NCBI GenBank assembly: GCA_963518725.1
Contig: CAUQLO010000001.1
Coordinates: forward strand, 2,131-66,130
Direction of reading: 5' to 3'
DNA from: an uncultured Veillonella sp.
GTDB taxonomy: Bacteria > Bacillota > Negativicutes > Veillonellales > Veillonellaceae
DNA length: 64,000 bases
Shown: positions 50,653 through 60,822 of the stretch, in pieces
How positions within the stretch are numbered: position 1 is the stretch's first letter
Layout of the letters: every line of letters starts with the position of its first letter
Notes under the pieces: model-generated
The model's database searches: none
What the model saw: the letters and a program-made list of their open reading frames with translations, nothing else
Told to the model about the DNA's origin: nothing
Made by a program: the position numbers and the translations under genes

Positions 50653-50691
50653 AAAGGACCGCTGATTGAGGAAGATCAGCGGTCCTTTTTT
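50653..50691. terminator. bidirectional terminator between UDG and bioF
   Basis: AAAGGACCGCTGAT...ATCAGCGGTCCTTTTTT. Confidence 0.8.
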
Positions 50692-50713
50692 GGAAGTTAT
50701 AATATTTTAAAAG

Positions 50714-51856
50714 TTATAATGTTTGTAAAACTTGTAGCACATAGTCTAAGTCCTCTAATGTATGAGAGGCTGTGACTGTGAGCCGTAGGCGCCCTGTGTT
50801 ACGGGGTACCGTTGGAGGTCTAATGGCACTTAATATAATGCCTTTTTCTTCACAATATTGACTGGCCTTTAGAGTGGCCTCATTAGACCCGATAATAATC
50901 GGGAAAATAGGTGTCTCATCAGTACTAGGAATCCCCAACTTTGTTAACCCTTCTTGCATATACTTTGTGTTGCGCTGTAATCGGGCGTAGATTGTAGGAT
51001 CTGAGTCTAAGACTTCCAAAGCACCTAAACTAGCGCCGATATCAGCGGGTGATAAAGCGGTGGCAAAAATGAAAGGGCGACTGTGGTTGATCATGTACTG
51101 AATGAGGGTACTGTCTCCACAGACGTAGCCACCGATGGAACCTAGGGCTTTGCTCATGGTGCCTGTAGTGATGATGCGGGGGCTTTCACAGTGAAAGTGA
51201 TGGGCCGTGCCACGACCGTCGCCAATGACCCCAGTAGCGTGGGCATCATCTACGATGAGAAGGGCATCGTAGCGCTCCGCCAAGTCCAGTAAATCGGGCA
51301 GAGGAGCGATGTCGCCATCCATGCTAAAGACCCCGTCGGTGATGATGAAACGCATCGGTGTAGATTGAGCTTGTTGCAATAGGGTCTCCAAGGCCTGCAC
51401 ATCGCTATGTGGATAGACCTGTACGGTAGCGCCACTGAGACGACAACCGTCGATGAGGCTAGCGTGGTTCAGGGCATCGCTAAAAATGATATCCCCTTTG
51501 TGGACTAGGGCAGAAATAGTGCCTAAATTTGCCATAAATCCCGCCACGAAAGTCAATGCTGAGGGCGCTTGTTTCCACTGGGCCAACCGTGATTCCAACT
51601 CCTGGAAGAGAGGAAAGGACCCCGATGTAAGACGAGCCCCACCAGATCCTGTACCATAGTCTAGAATGGCTTGTCGAGACCGTTCTTGCACATGTGGATG
51701 ATGAGTCAAACCCAAATAGTTGTTGGACGCCATCATGAGATACTGGGAGCCCTTATAGGCCACATGGGTGGCATCGATGGGATCATAGGTGCGAGGAGCG
51801 CGCAACTGCGATTCAGCTTGGCGCTGTGCCAAGGCACTTTCATAGCGGTTATACAT
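50714..51856 (-). CDS. bioF: 8-amino-7-oxononanoate synthase
   Basis: SNNYLGL, LNHASLIDG, DGVFSMDGD, VDDAHA, TMSKALG, AIRPPTVP. Confidence 0.93.
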   Translation of the reverse strand: MYNRYESALAQRQAESQLRAPRTYDPIDATHVAYKGSQYLMMASNNYLGLTHHPHVQERSRQAILDYGTGSGGARLTSGSFPLFQELESRLAQWKQAPSALTFVAGFMANLGTISALVHKGDIIFSDALNHASLIDGCRLSGATVQVYPHSDVQALETLLQQAQSTPMRFIITDGVFSMDGDIAPLPDLLDLAERYDALLIVDDAHATGVIGDGRGTAHHFHCESPRIITTGTMSKALGSIGGYVCGDSTLIQYMINHSRPFIFATALSPADIGASLGALEVLDSDPTIYARLQRNTKYMQEGLTKLGIPSTDETPIFPIIIGSNEATLKASQYCEEKGIILSAIRPPTVPRNTGRLRLTVTASHTLEDLDYVLQVLQTL

Positions 51857-52604
51857 ACTGACATCCTTTCGTGCTCACCCAAGTAGGGGTGCTACTTAAA
51901 TACTGAATGAGTTCCTCAAAATTTGTGTGAGGATCTACGAAAAAGGCGCGCCCTCCTATAGCACTGCCGAAGGGTTTCATGGGACTCAATCGATGATAGG
52001 TGTGCCCATAGGACACATAGCCTGTTGTGTAGTCTGGGTCGTCGGACCAACAGAGTTCGCCTAGCACATACGGAGATGCCAACACTTTGCTAGCCAGAAT
52101 GAGAGCCTCTCTAGAATGTACAGAGGAACAACTGTAGCGCTCTAAATGGTGGTGAATATCAGCCTCCACTTCGGCATCCATGCGAGAGACGCGGACCGTT
52201 TCAGGATAGATATCACCGGTGCTTGCATTGACTAACCAAGCGCCGCTCACATTGCAGGTGTTTTCTTGTAATTGACTGAAAGCTCTTTCGATGGCTCTGC
52301 TCGCTATGTGGGCGTTGGCCAATAGACGAGAGGCCTCTCTGTGAGATGCCTCGATAGAGCTAGATTCGGTGGTGCAAATCATAAGGGCGGGTACTTTCAC
52401 AACAGAGTCGTCGGGTATCTCATCGATTTGTAAGTTGATGAAATCTGGTTTCCCTTTGCTGTGGTGTAGAGCACGTTGTAAAAATTCTTGTGAAATGCGA
52501 CACAAGTCCGATTCGGAAACGAGACGTTCTGCACCGGAAATGTGAGAGCCTCCTTGTTCATGGGGACCACCTTGGGCAGACCGCATGCGAATACTGTAGA
52601 CCAT
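51849..52604 (-). CDS. bioW: 6-carboxyhexanoate(pimelate)-CoA ligase
   Basis: YSIRMRS, HISGAER, ALHHSKGKPDF, REALILASKV, ELCWSDDPDYTTGY. Confidence 0.93.
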   Translation of the reverse strand: MVYSIRMRSAQGGPHEQGGSHISGAERLVSESDLCRISQEFLQRALHHSKGKPDFINLQIDEIPDDSVVKVPALMICTTESSSIEASHREASRLLANAHIASRAIERAFSQLQENTCNVSGAWLVNASTGDIYPETVRVSRMDAEVEADIHHHLERYSCSSVHSREALILASKVLASPYVLGELCWSDDPDYTTGYVSYGHTYHRLSPMKPFGSAIGGRAFFVDPHTNFEELIQYLSSTPTWVSTKGCQYV

Positions 52605-52608
52605 GGGG

Positions 52609-53112
52609 TTATCCTTTGTTCATGCCATTGGCTATTTTAGCAGGTGCTAATTGTGGCAAACGGCGGAAAATATTCACGAAGATAGGGCTGACGATGACTG
52701 TGAAAATCATGCCTGGGATGGCAGCGATGAGCATAGGAATGACCATTTTGCCAAAGGAAAGACCGATGGTAATCCGCGCGATAGCAGAGGCAATAGGACC
52801 GGAGATCAAGATGGACCACATATGGTTTTTACCAATCCACAAAATGAAACCAACGATGAGGCGGAACTGCATGGCAATGGCTACATTGAGCAAATTTTGT
52901 GTACCCAGTACAAGGCCGATAGCGCTAGACAAACAACCGCAGATGATGTATTTGCGGAACCCAAAGGCTGCACAAATAGCGACAGCGAGAGGGGCGGATA
53001 ATTGGAATTCTACACCAGGGATGATGTTGGGAATTTTCATACCTCCTAAGATTGTCATCATAGCCGTTAAGATGCCGATTTCCGCAATGGCGCGAATACT
53101 TACTGATTTCAT
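52609..53112 (-). CDS. bioX: BioX-like membrane protein (ECF S-component-like)
   Basis: KIP..IPG.EFQLSAP.AVAI.A.FGF..Y motif recalled from Lysinibacillus sphaericus BioX; bioXWF gene order. Confidence 0.75.
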   Translation of the reverse strand: MKSVSIRAIAEIGILTAMMTILGGMKIPNIIPGVEFQLSAPLAVAICAAFGFRKYIICGCLSSAIGLVLGTQNLLNVAIAMQFRLIVGFILWIGKNHMWSILISGPIASAIARITIGLSFGKMVIPMLIAAIPGMIFTVIVSPIFVNIFRRLPQLAPAKIANGMNKG

Positions 53113-53125
53113 AACATACCTCCTA

Positions 53126-53161
53126 ATTGTAAACTTAGATAAACTTTACTTCGTTTACATT
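53126..53161 (-). promoter_or_regulatory. BirA-type operator overlapping the bioXWF promoter
   Basis: TGTAAAC-N18-GTTTACA (53128-53159); minus-strand TTGCAC-17-TATAAT at 53187-53159. Confidence 0.8.
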
Positions 53162-53229
53162 ATAAGTCTAGATTGCAAGAAGTGCAATATTGAATTGCAA
53201 AATTTTACCTTTCATTCGCCCTGCCTTAG

Positions 53230-53540
53230 TTGCTTAGGAAGGAAATTCTATAGTATAATTAAAGTACTTATTTAGATCGGCTCATGAACCAATAGGGTTC
53301 CCAAAACTTTCACAGTAGAAAAGTATATACGGAAGGTATATGCTTTGCTGTGTATGAGAATGTGACATAGATAGTGAGAAAGGTTTCTCACACTGTTTTG
53401 CTATACCAATTAAGATAGGAATAGATATCTATTTGTGCTTACATGCCGATACATGCTGAACCATCGTTGATGGGAGTAGATAGTCATGGACTATGGTAGT
53501 ATGTATAGACAGTACGAACCTAGTCCCGTAGGAGGAAATT
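53230..53540 (+). promoter_or_regulatory. rnj promoter and long structured 5' leader
   Basis: TTGCTT-18-TATAAT (53230-53259), then at least 6 hairpins before SD GGAGG. Confidence 0.55.
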
Positions 53541-55466
53541 TTGAACATACAGGAAGAAAAAACAATGGCGACACCAACTGGTGAAGCAACACAACAAAGA
53601 CAACGACCAACCACGCGTACGCGCCGTACGACAGGGCAAAATCGTCGACCATCTGTGAAAGCAGAAGGAGAACAACGGGAACGGACACAACGCCCACGCG
53701 TGCAAGGTGAAGGGGGAGAACGCCGTCAGGCGAACCGTGGACCACGCAGACCGCAACGGACACATACAAATGTAGAAAACCATGAACAAACACCACGCCC
53801 TCATGTACGAAAAGATAAATTACAAATCATTCCATTAGGTGGATTGGGTGAAATCGGTAAAAATATGACCATCTTCCAATATGGTGATGATATTGTCGTA
53901 TTAGATGCTGGATTGGCGTTCCCAGAAAATGATATGTTAGGGGTAGACATCGTGATCCCTGACATGACATACTTGATTGAAAATAAAGACAAAGTGCGCG
54001 CCGTGGTGATCACTCATGGTCATGAAGACCATATTGGTTCTTTGGCGTACTTACTAAAAGAAGTAAATGTACCTGTGTACGCTACCAACCTTGTGTGTGG
54101 CTTAATCGAAGGTAAATTAAAAGAACATCACGTAAAAGCTAAAAAATTGCAAATCGTCAAAGCTGGTGACGAATTTAAAGTGGGATGTTTCAAAGTGGGC
54201 TTTATCCAAACGAACCACTCCATTCCAGATGCGTGTGCGATTTTCTTGGAAACACCAGTAGGTACTGTAGTACATACGGGGGACTTCAAGGTGGACCAAA
54301 CACCAGTGGATGGCAAATTGATGGATGTTCATAAATTTGCTGAACTTGGCAACAAAGGCGTATTAGCCTTGATGTCGGACTCTACGAATGTTGAGAAACC
54401 TGGCTTTACACCATCTGAAAGTACTGTAGGACCAGCGATTATGCGCGCCGTAGCAGAAGCAACAGGCCGTGTTATTTTGGCGACTTTTGCATCCAACGTA
54501 TCTCGTTTGCAACAAGCTATTGATGCAGCGGTGGCTACTAAACGTAAGGTAGTCGTATTAGGCCGTTCCATGGTGAATGTTACAGAAATTGCTCAAGAAC
54601 GGGGCTACTTAACAGTGCCAGAAGGTATGATTATTGGCGACGATGAAATGAATCGCTATCGTGCTGATGAAATTATGATTTTGACAACTGGATCCCAAGG
54701 GGAACCGATGGCGGGCTTGTCTCGTATGTCTACGAACAATCACCGCACTGTAGAGATTACGCCAAATGATACAGTTATCATCTCTGCCACACCAATTCCA
54801 GGTAATGAGGCGGCGGTAGGTCGTACGATTGATAACTTGTTGCGTCAAGGGGCTCATGTAGTATATGGTAAAGACCGTGGTATCCACGTATCCGGTCATG
54901 GTAGCCAAGAAGATTTGAAAACGATGCTAAACTTAGTGCGTCCTAAATTCTTCATCCCTGTTCACGGTGAATACCGTATGTTGAAAAAACATGGTGAGCT
55001 CGCTGTATCTATGGGCATTGTGAAACCTAGCAATGTATTAGTAGGTGACAATGGACAAATCTTTGAGTTTACTACACGAACAGGTCGCTTAGCAGGTCGT
55101 GTATCAGCTGGCAAAGTCTTTGTCGATGGCCTAGGCGTAGGTGATGTGGGGAACATTGTGATTCGTGACCGTCAACAATTGGCACAAGAAGGTATGGTGG
55201 TTGTAGTCATGGCTATGGATCGTGCATCCGGTACCATCGTAGCAGGTCCAGATATGTTATCTCGTGGTTTCGTCTATGTACGAGATGCAGAAGAATTGTT
55301 GAGCGAAGCACAACGTCGTTTAGATGCAACGATCGAAAAATGTGAAATCGAACGCATTAAAGATTGGACTACCATCAAAACTATGGTGCGCGACACATTG
55401 GGTAAATTCTTCTATGAAAAAACTCGTCGCCGTCCAATGATTTTGCCAATCATTCAAGACGTATAA
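53541..55466 (+). CDS. rnj: ribonuclease J with Arg/Gln-rich N-terminal extension
   Basis: PLGGLGEIGKNM, THGHEDHIG, HTGDFK, HVSGH, RRPMILP. Confidence 0.95.
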   Translation: MNIQEEKTMATPTGEATQQRQRPTTRTRRTTGQNRRPSVKAEGEQRERTQRPRVQGEGGERRQANRGPRRPQRTHTNVENHEQTPRPHVRKDKLQIIPLGGLGEIGKNMTIFQYGDDIVVLDAGLAFPENDMLGVDIVIPDMTYLIENKDKVRAVVITHGHEDHIGSLAYLLKEVNVPVYATNLVCGLIEGKLKEHHVKAKKLQIVKAGDEFKVGCFKVGFIQTNHSIPDACAIFLETPVGTVVHTGDFKVDQTPVDGKLMDVHKFAELGNKGVLALMSDSTNVEKPGFTPSESTVGPAIMRAVAEATGRVILATFASNVSRLQQAIDAAVATKRKVVVLGRSMVNVTEIAQERGYLTVPEGMIIGDDEMNRYRADEIMILTTGSQGEPMAGLSRMSTNNHRTVEITPNDTVIISATPIPGNEAAVGRTIDNLLRQGAHVVYGKDRGIHVSGHGSQEDLKTMLNLVRPKFFIPVHGEYRMLKKHGELAVSMGIVKPSNVLVGDNGQIFEFTTRTGRLAGRVSAGKVFVDGLGVGDVGNIVIRDRQQLAQEGMVVVVMAMDRASGTIVAGPDMLSRGFVYVRDAEELLSEAQRRLDATIEKCEIERIKDWTTIKTMVRDTLGKFFYEKTRRRPMILPIIQDV

Positions 55467-55480
55467 TAAAAATATGGTAT

Positions 55481-55518
55481 AATAGACATGTGACTCTCGT
55501 CATATGTCTATTTCTTTT
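55481..55518 (+). terminator. rnj terminator
   Basis: AATAGACATGTGAC/GTCATATGTCTATT followed by T-rich tail. Confidence 0.65.
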
Positions 55519-55576
55519 ACTTGGACTATGAGAGGGTCTGTATGGCTACAAATAGTAATATGTAATGGAGTAAATT

Positions 55577-56524
55577 ATGAATTATACAAGTACTCGTTCC
55601 GTTGTGGAATCAGGTATTTTAACGGCATTGATGATCGTCTTTGCCATGATTGGACTCAGCGTGCCTATGCTGGGATTCTTTGGTTCCATCTTAGTGCCTA
55701 TGACCATTGCTGTCGTAGGTGTGCGACACGGCTTTCGGTGGAGTATCTTATCCGTTGTGTCTGCGGTGATTGCTATCGCCTTTTTATTAGGACCTTTAAC
55801 GGCGCTTATCGAAGGTGGTGTATTTGGGGTCATCGGCATCCTTATTGGTTATGGACTCAGAAAGCAGTGGTCTGTATCTCGACTACTCATCTTCCCTGCC
55901 ATTGTGCTGATGTTGGCAGTGGTCGTGCAGTTTTGGGCATCTGCGTGGGTGATGAACTTAGATCCAGCACAGATGTGGACGTCCTTAGGCGAACAGTTAG
56001 AAGAAACTATGCGTGACATGTATGTGAATCAGGGGCTTTCAGAAGAACAAATCGGAGTGGCCATGGATTCCTTACAAGATCAATTGAGCATTATGAAAAA
56101 GGTCTTAGTAGCTGGATTATTCTGCTCAGGCATTGCTATTTCCTATATTATTAACTATCTCACTAGACTTGTGTTAGGTCGCATCGGGACCTATGAGATT
56201 CCTGAAATCCCGACTATACAAGGATGGCGCATTCCAGATTGGGCACTCCATATCTTTTTAGTGGGGCTTATTTCTTATTTTGTAAAACAATATGTACCAT
56301 TCCTAGAATATATAGGCTATAATTTGATGTATTTAGGTGGTATAATGCTATTTATACGAGGTATTTCTTGTATTTGGCGTATTAGTAAAAGTTACACCTC
56401 ATCTCGCCTAGTGCGTTGGATTGTACTGGCTATCTTTATAGCCATGTCGCAATCGGCGGCCATTTTTGGAGCTCTTGATATATTGTTGCATTTAGAGGGC
56501 CGGTGGAAACGGCGAAGTGAGTAG
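55577..56524 (+). CDS. yybS: YybS/DUF2232 membrane protein
   Basis: Multi-TM, TRSVVESGIL start, GALDIL end; yybS-gdpP-rplI-dnaB synteny. Confidence 0.8.
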   Translation: MNYTSTRSVVESGILTALMIVFAMIGLSVPMLGFFGSILVPMTIAVVGVRHGFRWSILSVVSAVIAIAFLLGPLTALIEGGVFGVIGILIGYGLRKQWSVSRLLIFPAIVLMLAVVVQFWASAWVMNLDPAQMWTSLGEQLEETMRDMYVNQGLSEEQIGVAMDSLQDQLSIMKKVLVAGLFCSGIAISYIINYLTRLVLGRIGTYEIPEIPTIQGWRIPDWALHIFLVGLISYFVKQYVPFLEYIGYNLMYLGGIMLFIRGISCIWRISKSYTSSRLVRWIVLAIFIAMSQSAAIFGALDILLHLEGRWKRRSE

Positions 56525-56540
56525 AAACAGAGGAGGTAGT

Positions 56541-58562
56541 ATGAGGATACAAACTGAATATAGTTCTGTTGAAATAACTGCTGCTGTTCTGATTTTTATA
56601 TTATTGGCTATTATTGCCTATCTGAACTGGCAGTTAGCTATGTTGTGCGGCATTGTGGTATTTGCTGCCTATATGTACGTGTGGCGTACTATCCGCAGAG
56701 GTCATCATTTACGAAGAGCTCAATTTGATCGTATGGCAAAGGGCATTACGCAAGCCTCTACCTTTGCTTTGCAAAATTTACCAGTCGGCATTGTCATCAT
56801 CGATGAAAATAATAAGATTTGTTGGTGTAATAGTGTATTTAAGGCTTGGGTGCCGAGCACTAATTCCGATAAAACTATGAAACTCAGCGGGTTTATACCA
56901 ACCTTGCGAATCGATAAATATTGGGGAAAATCTGGTTTCTTTAACGAAGCCATTGATGGTAAATATTATCGTGTGTTGTACAAAACATTGGCGGCGCCAA
57001 AATCACAATATTCTGACGTGGATAGTGATGAATTAGAACAGTATATGGCCTTTTACTTTGATGATATTACAGAGATTCAAGTAGAAAAAAATCAAGCTAT
57101 GTCTATGGTGCCAGCTTTTGGATTTATTACCATGGATAATATTGAAGATTTGCGGACAGGCCTCAGCGACATTGAGTACACGCAATTGTGGTCAGATATG
57201 AACCGATTGATTGTCACAGAAATTGACCAGCACGATGGATTCATTCGCAATGCTACGGAGGATACTTATTCTTTTAGTATCAGCAAGGCGGAAATGCTGA
57301 ACATGATGGAGAAGAAATTTAATCTCTTAGATAAAATTCGTGCTTTAACTACGTCGAAACATATTCCACCAACTATCAGTATGGGTATTGCTTTGACGAC
57401 GGATTCTGTGAAAGTACAAGGGGAAAAGGCGAAAGCCGCCCTTGAAATCGCCTTGGGCCGTGGTGGCGACCAAGTCTGTGTATACCATGGAGAAGAAGTG
57501 AAATTCTTTGGTGGTAAAACGTCGGGGAATGAAAAGAATACAAGGGTGCGAGCACGGGTTGTTTCCCATGCATTGCACGAAATTATGTTGGATTCCGACC
57601 GTGTTCTCGTCATGGGTCATGATCGAGAAGATTATGATAGTATTGGCGCTTCCGTTGGGGTAGCAGCGATGGCGAGGGCTCTTAACAAGCCAGTGCATAT
57701 TGCGCTCAGTGCAAATCCAACGGCGGTTCGCAAGCTAGTGGAAGTGCTGGTTGACCATGAAGATTTCCAAGGTATGATCATCAACGAAGAAGAGGCAACA
57801 CAATTCGTCACAGATAATACGGTGGTCATTGTTACCGATGTGCACCGGTCTGAAATGGTGGCGGCCCCAGCAGCATTGAAAAAGTCTGCGAGACGGGTGG
57901 TTATCGACCATCATAGACGGGGATCGGATTTTATTGAATCCCCTATGTTGACATATTTAGAGCCATCCACATCTTCTACGAGTGAATTGGTGTCAGAGTT
58001 GATTCAATATTTCCCTGATCATGTAGAGATTAAGCCAATCGAGGCAAGCGCCCTCTATGCAGGCATCGTGGTGGACACGAAGAACTTTGTGGTCCAAACA
58101 GGGGCTCGTACCTTTGAAGCGGCCTCGTTCTTGCGTCGGTCTGGAGCGGATGTATCCGTAGTTCGCCATTTATTTATGGATAACTTTGAAGGTATGCGTA
58201 TGCGGTCCGCCATGTTAGCTGCAGCGGAAGAGATTTCTCATATGGCTTTCACAGAAGCGCCGGAAGAGGCAAAGAATGCCACGGTTATTGCTGCACAAAC
58301 AGGGGATAAGTTGATTACCCTAGAAGGCATCGAGGCTAGTTTTGTGTTCTATGTGTTGCCAGATGGTGGCATTGGTGTCAGCGCTAGGTCCCAAGGTAAG
58401 GTCAATGTACAAGTGATTATGGAAGCTGTCGGAGGCGGTGGTCATCGCACAGTGGCGGGTGCTCAGATTTATAATAAATCCATGACAGAGGCACGTCAGT
58501 GGGTGACAAGTGTTGCCGTTTCGTATATGACAGAATTAGAAGAAGAATCTAAGGAGGAATAA
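56541..58562 (+). CDS. gdpP: cyclic-di-AMP phosphodiesterase (TM-PAS-degenerate GGDEF-DHH/DHHA1)
   Basis: ALGRGGDQ, MGH..DYDSIG, IDHHRRG, GGGGH. Confidence 0.9.
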   Translation: MRIQTEYSSVEITAAVLIFILLAIIAYLNWQLAMLCGIVVFAAYMYVWRTIRRGHHLRRAQFDRMAKGITQASTFALQNLPVGIVIIDENNKICWCNSVFKAWVPSTNSDKTMKLSGFIPTLRIDKYWGKSGFFNEAIDGKYYRVLYKTLAAPKSQYSDVDSDELEQYMAFYFDDITEIQVEKNQAMSMVPAFGFITMDNIEDLRTGLSDIEYTQLWSDMNRLIVTEIDQHDGFIRNATEDTYSFSISKAEMLNMMEKKFNLLDKIRALTTSKHIPPTISMGIALTTDSVKVQGEKAKAALEIALGRGGDQVCVYHGEEVKFFGGKTSGNEKNTRVRARVVSHALHEIMLDSDRVLVMGHDREDYDSIGASVGVAAMARALNKPVHIALSANPTAVRKLVEVLVDHEDFQGMIINEEEATQFVTDNTVVIVTDVHRSEMVAAPAALKKSARRVVIDHHRRGSDFIESPMLTYLEPSTSSTSELVSELIQYFPDHVEIKPIEASALYAGIVVDTKNFVVQTGARTFEAASFLRRSGADVSVVRHLFMDNFEGMRMRSAMLAAAEEISHMAFTEAPEEAKNATVIAAQTGDKLITLEGIEASFVFYVLPDGGIGVSARSQGKVNVQVIMEAVGGGGHRTVAGAQIYNKSMTEARQWVTSVAVSYMTELEEESKEE

Positions 58563-58564
58563 GA

Positions 58565-59011
58565 ATGAAAGTAATTTTATTAGAAGACGTAAAAAAAGTA
58601 GGTAAAAAAGGCGAAATCGTTGAAGTATCTGAAGCATATGGTCGCAATGTGTTGATCAAAAAAGGTGTGGGCTTAGAAGGAACACCGCAAAACTTGAACA
58701 ATGCGAAGCAAAAATTAGGGGCTCAAGCACATAAAAAACAAGTAGACTCTGATGAAGCTACCGTATTGGCTAGCCAGTTGTCCAAAGTATCTGTTACAAT
58801 CCCAGTAAAAATGGGTGATGGTGGCCGTGTATTTGGTTCCGTTACAGGTAAAGATATTTCTGATGCATTGCAAGCGCAAGTAAAAGTTGATGTAGATAAA
58901 AAGAAAATTGACTTAAAAGAGCCAATCAAAACATTGGGTACTCATGAAGTGTTGATTCGAGTGCATCCAGAAATTACAGCTACTATTACTGTCAATGTAG
59001 TAGAAGGTTAA
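58565..59011 (+). CDS. rplI: 50S ribosomal protein L9
   Basis: MKVILLEDVKKVGKKGEIVEV, VFGSVT, PIKTLG. Confidence 0.96.
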   Translation: MKVILLEDVKKVGKKGEIVEVSEAYGRNVLIKKGVGLEGTPQNLNNAKQKLGAQAHKKQVDSDEATVLASQLSKVSVTIPVKMGDGGRVFGSVTGKDISDALQAQVKVDVDKKKIDLKEPIKTLGTHEVLIRVHPEITATITVNVVEG

Positions 59012-59063
59012 TCAAGGAGGGGCTAAGCCCCTCTTTTTTGCGTATACGTATAGGAGAGATAGT

Positions 59064-60416
59064 ATGGAAGGACGCATACCACCCCATAGTATAGAAGCAG
59101 AACGGGCTGTATTAGGGGCGATTTTACTGAATGAGGAAGCTTATGAAACGGTAAGTACTATTGTGCAACCTAGCGATTTTTACAGCGACCATCACCGCAT
59201 TATTTACGAAGCTTTGATGACGATTGTGAATAAAAATCGACGAGCTGATTATATCTTGTTAACAGAAGAATTAAAACGTTTACAAAAGTTAGATGCCGTA
59301 GGCGGTATTATATATATAACGTCTCTCACATCGGATATGCTAGATGTCTATAATGTAGAAGAACATGCAAAAATTGTACGAGATAAGGCTCAGCTCCGCA
59401 AATTGATTCATGTGGCGAACTCCCTAGAATCCATGGCATATCGTGAAGAAGAAGAAACAGAAGACATTGTAAACCGCGCCGAGCAAATGGTATTGGATGT
59501 TAGCGGTGCCACACGATCAGAGTCGTCTTTCAGTTCCATGGAAATGGTCATGCAAGAAACCTTGAATCGCATCAATGAATTGCAACAATATAAGGGTATT
59601 TTGACGGGTGTATCGACAGGCTTTAAAGACCTAGATACAATGACTAGCGGTTTGCAAAAGTCGGACTTGATCTTAGTGGCGGCCCGTCCATCTATGGGTA
59701 AAACGGCATTTACCCTCAATATTGCTCAAAATGTGGCGATGAAATCTAGAAAAAATGTAGCTTTCTTCTCTCTAGAGATGTCGAAAAGCCAGCTCGTAGC
59801 GCGTGTATTAGCATCGGTAGCGGGCATCGATTCAAAACGGATACGGAATGGACAACTCAGCACAGAAGACTGGGATAAAGTGGGTGCTGTGTTAGATGAT
59901 TTATCAGAAGCACCATTATACATTGACGATACATCGGGTTTAACACCGCAATTGATGAAGAAAAAACTGCGCCGTTTAATTCAAGAACGGGGAGAATTGG
60001 GCCTCATTGTAGTGGACTATATTCAGCTTATGGAAAATGGCGGTAAAAAAGTGGCAGATAATCGTCAACAAGAAGTGTCGGCCATTTCTCGTCAATTGAA
60101 AATTATGGCCAGAGAATTTAATGTGCCATTGATTGCCTTGTCTCAGTTGAGCCGTGGTGTTGAAAGCCGGGCTGACAAAACGCCGATCTTGAGCGACTTG
60201 AGAGAGTCCGGTTCCCTGGAGCAGGATGCGGATATCGTAGCCTTTTTAAATCGTGAAAACTACCAGGATACAGAAGATACTAGCGATGGTGTAGAAACAC
60301 AAGTCATCATTCGAAAACATCGTAATGGTGAATTAGGGGTTGTGCGCTTGTGGTTCGAAGGTGCCTATACTCGATTTAGAGATGTAGCGTATCGAGATGA
60401 CGATCCAGGTATGTAA
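59064..60416 (+). CDS. dnaB: replicative DNA helicase
   Basis: PPHSIEAERAVLG, AARPSMGKT, FSLEM, DYIQL, LSDLRESGSLEQDAD. Confidence 0.96.
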   Translation: MEGRIPPHSIEAERAVLGAILLNEEAYETVSTIVQPSDFYSDHHRIIYEALMTIVNKNRRADYILLTEELKRLQKLDAVGGIIYITSLTSDMLDVYNVEEHAKIVRDKAQLRKLIHVANSLESMAYREEEETEDIVNRAEQMVLDVSGATRSESSFSSMEMVMQETLNRINELQQYKGILTGVSTGFKDLDTMTSGLQKSDLILVAARPSMGKTAFTLNIAQNVAMKSRKNVAFFSLEMSKSQLVARVLASVAGIDSKRIRNGQLSTEDWDKVGAVLDDLSEAPLYIDDTSGLTPQLMKKKLRRLIQERGELGLIVVDYIQLMENGGKKVADNRQQEVSAISRQLKIMAREFNVPLIALSQLSRGVESRADKTPILSDLRESGSLEQDADIVAFLNRENYQDTEDTSDGVETQVIIRKHRNGELGVVRLWFEGAYTRFRDVAYRDDDPGM

Positions 60417-60822
60417 CCATACATACAACTCATGGTTATCATTAGCTGTGTAATAATAGCCTTGGTATCGATAGTTGTCGATACGGAGGAACGAAAAATA
60501 TAGATTCGCATTGACCTTGTTCGATATAGCTATCTGCGAACATGAAAGAATGATGAAGAAGATAGGTTAAGTATAACTAAAAGTAATGATTGCTTGAAGC
60601 CTATAGAATAGCTACTTTCTTGGAAGCGAAAGAGAACAATCAGGTAGATTCTCTCTTAACTATGCATATATGATAAGGTAAAAATAGCGATAACTGTGGG
60701 ATTTCTATTCCATGTGGTGTACATGTGTGCTATAATTTACGTATCAAGAGTAGTGACAATTTATTGAGGAGTACTACGAGTTGTCACAAGTATTTTTATG
60801 GTTAGGGAAAGAGGTTTTAACG

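Noticed and set aside
52490..53275. 261-aa + strand ORF, and similar long antisense ORFs (3498-4109, 62401-63090)
   Set aside because: Shadow frames opposite well-supported membrane-protein genes
56299..56326. TTCCTAGAATATATA resembling the left half of Bacillus dif
   Set aside because: Inside the yybS coding sequence and lacks the XerD arm TTATGTAAACT
60432..60503. 23-aa hydrophobic ORF MVIISCVIIALVSIVVDTEERKI after dnaB
   Set aside because: No SD, promoter or antisense architecture; compatible with chance in AT-rich DNA
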